In this document: positions 45,678 through 49,646 of the stretch, one piece after another
How the letters are laid out: the number at the start of each line of letters is the position of its first letter
Position numbering within the stretch: position 1 is the stretch's first letter
Virus record (IMG/VR): IMGVR_UViG_2740892231_000005
Reading direction: 5' to 3' (one strand)
Origin: a virus
Taxonomy: Duplodnaviria > Heunggongvirae > Uroviricota > Caudoviricetes
Length of the DNA stretch: 49,646 nt
Position numbers and translations under genes: made by a program
Notes under the pieces: generated by a model
What the model saw: the letters and a program-made list of their open reading frames with translations, nothing else
What the model was told of the DNA's origin: nothing
Database searches by the model: none

Positions 45678-45977
45678 TCAGATGTTAAACGCTATTCGTT
45701 TTCCTGTGGGAAGCTCAACATCCAGGCTTAATTTGCCTCCCATAGCTTCAACGTAACGCTTTAATGTCGCCAGCTTTAAATCATTTCCGCGCTGCTCCAG
45801 CTTTGTTACTGCTGGCTGGCTTATACCCATCGCCTCAGCAACCTGTTTTTGTGATAACTGGAGTTCTTCACGCATCATCTGCAAGCCGACCTCAAGAATC
45901 ATCTCATCTGCCATTTCTTTAATTCGCGCCTGGCTTTCCGGTGAACGGCTGGCAATCGCCTCATCTAATGTTCTCAT
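45678..45977 (-). CDS. HigA-like antitoxin (XRE HTH)
   Basis: 99 aa; HTH (LSQKQVAEAMGISQPAVTKLEQ); immediately downstream of, and overlapping, the toxin gene. Confidence 0.75.
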   Translation of the reverse strand: MRTLDEAIASRSPESQARIKEMADEMILEVGLQMMREELQLSQKQVAEAMGISQPAVTKLEQRGNDLKLATLKRYVEAMGGKLSLDVELPTGKRIAFNI

Positions 45978-46330
45978 TACTTGCTCTCCAGTGTGTTCAG
46001 ATGTGCTGCAAACTCATCCTCAGCTATACGCACCAGTTTTTCATAAAACCGCTTATCGTTACTTTTGTCTCCTGCACAAAGAACGATGGCCCGGCGAATC
46101 GGATCGAACGCATAAAAGGCTCTTATCGGACGGCCAGAAAACTGAACGCGAAGCTCTTTCATATTTTTGTACCGAGAACCTTTTACGGTATCGGCATATG
46201 GCCTGGGTAACTCAGGTCCGTAAACCTGTAGCTTTTTCAAATCAGCCAAAACCTTTTCCTGAAGAGCGTCTTCTTGCTCATTTAGCCAGTCGTCAAATCG
46301 CTGGCTAAAAAGTACCGTCCACATGCTCAA
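45977..46330 (-). CDS. RelE/ParE-superfamily toxin, HigB-like (toxin-first operon)
   Basis: 117 aa; size, basic character and toxin-antitoxin gene order typical of HigB/HigA modules. Confidence 0.7.
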   Translation of the reverse strand: MSMWTVLFSQRFDDWLNEQEDALQEKVLADLKKLQVYGPELPRPYADTVKGSRYKNMKELRVQFSGRPIRAFYAFDPIRRAIVLCAGDKSNDKRFYEKLVRIAEDEFAAHLNTLESK

Positions 46331-46395
46331 TCCTATAACCTGTAGTTTATATCACTAACTATATAACCTGTGAGTTATAATTTCAAGAAAAACGG
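46331..46395 (-). promoter_or_regulatory. Putative toxin-antitoxin promoter/operator with two TATAACCTGT repeats
   Basis: Direct repeats at 46337..46346 and 46364..46373 just upstream of the toxin start. Confidence 0.4.
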
Positions 46396-46568
46396 GGCTA
46401 TTTAACATAATGGACGTTATCGGCACCACCGGATCACCGTTCATTGTCGGATCTAAAAAATCCGCTCAAAAGATCATGTTTTCCTGGGCGTTTTCCACCG
46501 TTTTTTATGTTGCTTATTTGTTAATGAAATCTCGTTTTCAGTTTCGCCTCATTTTCGACGCGAAAGCC

Positions 46569-46859
46569 CTATTTTTGTGACTTTACTCCTGGCATATGGA
46601 CTTCCCAGCGACGAATCCCCATAGCTGCGCAAAAATCAGCCACATAATTCAATCCCGCCCATTCGCGGATACCACCACGGGCTTTTTCAATGAAAACGGC
46701 AATCCCTTTTTTATTGAGAGCAAAAAGCCGCCAGCTTTTTGTCACTTCGTCCTGGGTAGCCACAACACAAGTGAAAGCTCCCATGCGATACAGGTCCAAG
46801 AACTCTTTGCGTGTTTTGCGTACAAGTTCCATAACAAACCTCATATTTGCATGTTTCAA
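46569..46859 (-). CDS. Hypothetical protein
   Basis: 96-aa ORF; 4-bp overlap with the upstream ORF. Confidence 0.35.
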   Translation of the reverse strand: MKHANMRFVMELVRKTRKEFLDLYRMGAFTCVVATQDEVTKSWRLFALNKKGIAVFIEKARGGIREWAGLNYVADFCAAMGIRRWEVHMPGVKSQK

Positions 46860-47155
46860 ACATCTGTTTTGTTATCAATGAAGATTAACCCTAACCCAGC
46901 GAAGTAACACAGCAGCGCCCAGGCTGCATACGGAATGCTGGATCTGGATGTGGACTCCTTTAACATCTGCCAGTTGCGAACATTGCGACTATCTTTTAAG
47001 CCAAGTTTTTTGGCCAACTGCGAGCCGCTCATTCCGGTCAGGCCAATGACTGCCCGAACTTCTCCACATGTAGGAGATTCCCATTCATCCGCTTTTTTTA
47101 AACAAGCCGGATTCAACATTTTTAAAACAGTATCTTTATCCATAACCATCTCCAT
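46856..47155 (-). CDS. Hypothetical protein with HTH-like segment
   Basis: 99 aa; GLTGMSGSQLAKKLGL. Confidence 0.4.
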   Translation of the reverse strand: MEMVMDKDTVLKMLNPACLKKADEWESPTCGEVRAVIGLTGMSGSQLAKKLGLKDSRNVRNWQMLKESTSRSSIPYAAWALLCYFAGLGLIFIDNKTDV

Positions 47156-47159
47156 TTAT

Positions 47160-47786
47160 TATATCTACGATGGTAGGAAATCTTTTCCTATGTGGCAATA
47201 GAAATTTACTACATTGCGTATAAGACAAGTTTTCTATGTCTAATAGGAAATGATGTTTCTTACGTTTTATCGCGTTCTGATGGCTACTGTGTGCGTATTT
47301 ATCGACGTTTATTGATAAGGCTCGCCCCTTCCTCCTGCAAAGCCTGGCCGTAGGCCTTATTTCGGCCTTATATAAATTGATTTTGTATAGTTCGAAACGC
47401 GCCGTTTCGAAAAGGATGATCAGGCTGCTCCATGCCTCCGGCAAGTGCCGGAGGAGGTATATTTGAGCGTAGCGACTCGAACCGGCGCGAGCTTTAGCTC
47501 GCTGCAAGGGCGAACATATTCACAGGCAAAGCCTGCGTAAGTTAAATAAAGAAAGTTTTAATAAAAGAAAGTGATTTTGCATTTATTTGTTTAGTGCATC
47601 TATTATAAAAAACCATTTGCATATACATATCAAAACTGTGGATAACTTTATTAGCCGATGCCTGTAAAGGCGATATTTTTGCTGTGTTCAGGTTTAGAGA
47701 AAATTAATTTAGATTGTTTTTTGAACAGATATTTTATTGCGACGTAGATAATCCTCCGGTAAAACCGGATTCATCATTCAGGTGGG
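47160..47786. other. Putative replication origin region downstream of repA: AT-rich tracts and a DnaA box (tgtggataa, 47637..47645)
   Basis: Consensus DnaA box seen; AT-rich, ORF-poor; position analogous to oriR of IncFII replicons. Confidence 0.5.
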
Positions 47787-48779
47787 TTAATGTTGGAGTG
47801 ATTTCCAGGTCTTTCTTAGCCTGTTATAACGCTGCTCAACGAGGGAGCGTAAATATGCAAGGTCAGCACCAGGATACATGCCATCAGCAAATTCCTGGCT
47901 AACCTCTCTAGTGATTTGATGGCGAAGTTCGGCCTCTCCCTTTTCCTGAACAAGACGCGCAGCTCTCTCCGCTGCTTTCTGTTTTGCCTTTATCTCTCTG
48001 GCCGTCTTCCTCTGACGCCATACATTCTCCATCTGCTCCTGAATAACAATACGCTTATAATCAGCCTCCGTTATCGCTTTTTTAAGCCGTTCGCTATTCT
48101 TCGCATTGAAGTAATTAAGTTTCTGGCTAACCGCACGTCTCCATGCTTGTTCAGTAATACCAACTGTTTCCAGCAGTTGATCACGAATCTCGATTTTCGC
48201 TGGCCAATACTGTTTATTCACCCGATCCCAGCGACGTTCATAATCAATAAAACCTAACTCTTTCAGTTGCGACAACGCCCTTGTACAGCGCGTTATAGAC
48301 TTGTTCCCAGCTTCGGATACGGTAGACAGGCCGCAAAAATCAGCCAACGCCTCAGCACTGGCCAGAACCCGCTTAGAAATGATGTTTACATGGTGCAAAA
48401 TCGCAGCAATCACAGCATTAATCGCCCGACGACGATGCTCGTTTATCCGGCGTTTCCGCTCTGACGGTTGATTAACGTAGAACGCAACCTCACACGTAAG
48501 ATCACGACCATTAATGCGCTGTAAAGCATCAGATAACACCAGCGGCAGCTTGTGCGTATGGTGCTTTGGAGGCTGGAACTCCGGCGACAAATTACAAACG
48601 TAAGCTGAACGTAGAGACGGCATTGGTCTATCCATATGTTCGCTCTTGCGTCCACGGAAAACCAACGTATAATGGGAGTTGTCGAGGCGCCCATGGTTAG
48701 TTGTTGGTTTTCCTTTCCGTGGATGTCGCAAGAAGCCCGCAGATTTATCTGCGGGCTTTTTGTTTCCATATCTGGTCAC
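47787..48779 (-). CDS. repA: Plasmid replication initiator, IncFII RepA1-like
   Basis: 330 aa; SITRCTRALSQLKELGFIDYERRWD resembles the recalled RepA1 segment SITRATRALTFLSELGLITYQTEYD. Confidence 0.75.
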   Translation of the reverse strand: MTRYGNKKPADKSAGFLRHPRKGKPTTNHGRLDNSHYTLVFRGRKSEHMDRPMPSLRSAYVCNLSPEFQPPKHHTHKLPLVLSDALQRINGRDLTCEVAFYVNQPSERKRRINEHRRRAINAVIAAILHHVNIISKRVLASAEALADFCGLSTVSEAGNKSITRCTRALSQLKELGFIDYERRWDRVNKQYWPAKIEIRDQLLETVGITEQAWRRAVSQKLNYFNAKNSERLKKAITEADYKRIVIQEQMENVWRQRKTAREIKAKQKAAERAARLVQEKGEAELRHQITREVSQEFADGMYPGADLAYLRSLVEQRYNRLRKTWKSLQH

Positions 48780-48950
48780 TTTTCAACCAGACACCCACAA
48801 TCATAACCACGTTACGTGGTTTTAAGAGAACTCTACCACAACACTTTCGGTCATGCACGAAGTCTCTCACTGATCGAACGATAATCCACCAGTAAAAGGA
48901 TCTAAATTGGATCTCGTTTTGCGAGCATCATACTACTGGCCTAACTCCAG

Positions 48951-49505
48951 TCAATGATTCCCAGCCGGAAACCTGCGGTAAAGCGTGGATAAGGTAACAT
49001 CGAAGATAATCGCTATCCGCTTACGTGAAACACCATTCGCAATAAGCCTTCCGATCTGTTCCCATTGCTCTGGTGCCAATTTTGAGCGGCGTCCTCCTAT
49101 CCTGCCGTTAGCCCTTGCCACCGCCAATCCTGCACGCGTTCTTTCAATCATATTTTCCCGCTCCATCTCTGCGACTGCACTCAGCATCGTGTAGGCAAAG
49201 CGGCCAATTGAAGTGCTAATTTTTATCCCTTCCGTAATCGAAATAAACTCAATGTTGTTTGATAAAAAATAGTTTAGTAAATCAACAAGATGAATCAGAG
49301 AACGCCCCATTCGGTCCAGCTTCCAGACAATAACCGTATCGCCCGGCCGTAACACCTTCAGTAGCTTATCAAGTCCTGGTCGTTTTGATTTAGCACCGGA
49401 TATTTTATCTTCAAAAATCCGGTCACATCCTGAACTCCTGAGCGCCTCCAATTGTAATTCCAAATTCTGGTCAAAAGTTGACACCCTCGCATAACCATAT
49501 TGCAT
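48951..49505 (-). CDS. Serine DNA invertase, Gin/Cin/Pin/Hin family
   Basis: 184 aa; N-terminal YARVSTFDQ with catalytic Ser; alignable by eye with Gin along the full length. Confidence 0.95.
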   Translation of the reverse strand: MQYGYARVSTFDQNLELQLEALRSSGCDRIFEDKISGAKSKRPGLDKLLKVLRPGDTVIVWKLDRMGRSLIHLVDLLNYFLSNNIEFISITEGIKISTSIGRFAYTMLSAVAEMERENMIERTRAGLAVARANGRIGGRRSKLAPEQWEQIGRLIANGVSRKRIAIIFDVTLSTLYRRFPAGNH

Positions 49506-49569
49506 ACTTTCTAAACCGCGATTGTTGCTAAAAGCGGGAAAAAATATCGTTCAGACGACACAGAGGCAA

Positions 49570-49595
49570 TTCGCAAAAACCTCGGTTTACAGGAA
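49570..49595. promoter_or_regulatory. gix/cix-like crossover site B (ttcgcaaaaacc tc ggtttacaggaa), inverted relative to site A
   Basis: Shares the half-site ggtttacaggaa and central dinucleotide with 2937..2962; 65 bp upstream of the invertase start. Confidence 0.7.
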
Positions 49596-49646
49596 ACGGT
49601 AAACAAGGCTGGTAACGCTGTTCAAAAGACAGGCGATACCTTGTCC
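49590..49646 (+). CDS. 5' end of a tail-fibre variable cassette (partial; runs off the window end)
   Basis: Translates to [19 protein letters not shown], identical to the N-terminus of the variable part of the 1929..4310 fibre. Confidence 0.6.

Larger units (their letters stand above)
1..49646. mobile_element. Temperate phage-plasmid-like element (lambda-type head, P2/Mu-type contractile tail, plasmid-type RepA and ParA maintenance genes); occupies the whole window
   Basis: Contiguous late, lysis, immunity, partition and replication modules recognised from translated ORFs; no integrase ORF seen in the window. Confidence 0.8.

Noticed and set aside
48951-49505. Possibility that the serine recombinase is the element's integrase
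   Set aside because: At 184 aa it is a small invertase-type resolvase/invertase-family enzyme without the large C-terminal domain of serine integrases, and it sits next to a gix-like site and fibre cassette.

Overview
The whole 49.6-kb window reads as one temperate phage-plasmid-like element, with no integrase in the window. All calls are from reading the translated ORFs and the DNA by eye; no database search or computation was run. Coordinates 1..22730 (minus strand) carry a late module: tail fibre with an invertible variable-cassette region, a P2/Mu-type contractile tail and baseplate (I, J, W, U, V, D, X, tape measure, frameshifted chaperone, tube, sheath), and a lambda-type head (major capsid E, decoration, ClpP-like protease, portal, gpW, terminase GpA/Nu1-like). 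An accessory block (22.1-29.4 kb) holds three ParB-like nuclease-domain genes (one fused to a SAM methyltransferase), an orphan tail-fibre-assembly paralogue, an MT-A70 adenine methyltransferase and a tRNA(CAU). Then follow a lysis cassette (29.6-31.2 kb), a nin-like early region with a Q-like antiterminator, a CI/Cro-like immunity switch with ACCAC-N5-GTGGT operators, a ParA plus RHH partition pair flanked by AT-rich iterons, an antirepressor operon, a HigBA-like toxin-antitoxin pair, an IncFII-like RepA with an AT-rich origin, and a Gin/Cin-family invertase with a gix-like site at the right end. The most unusual points are: (1) the two recognisable crossover sites lie at opposite ends of the window and the first 190 bp are a chimeric junction with an N10 gap, so the sequence is probably a circular genome linearised, and partly mis-assembled, inside the invertible segment; (2) a roughly 110-bp promoter/leader cassette present three times plus a dispersed TATAATTATA palindrome family; (3) the ParB-like triad with a ParB-methyltransferase fusion next to the terminase.
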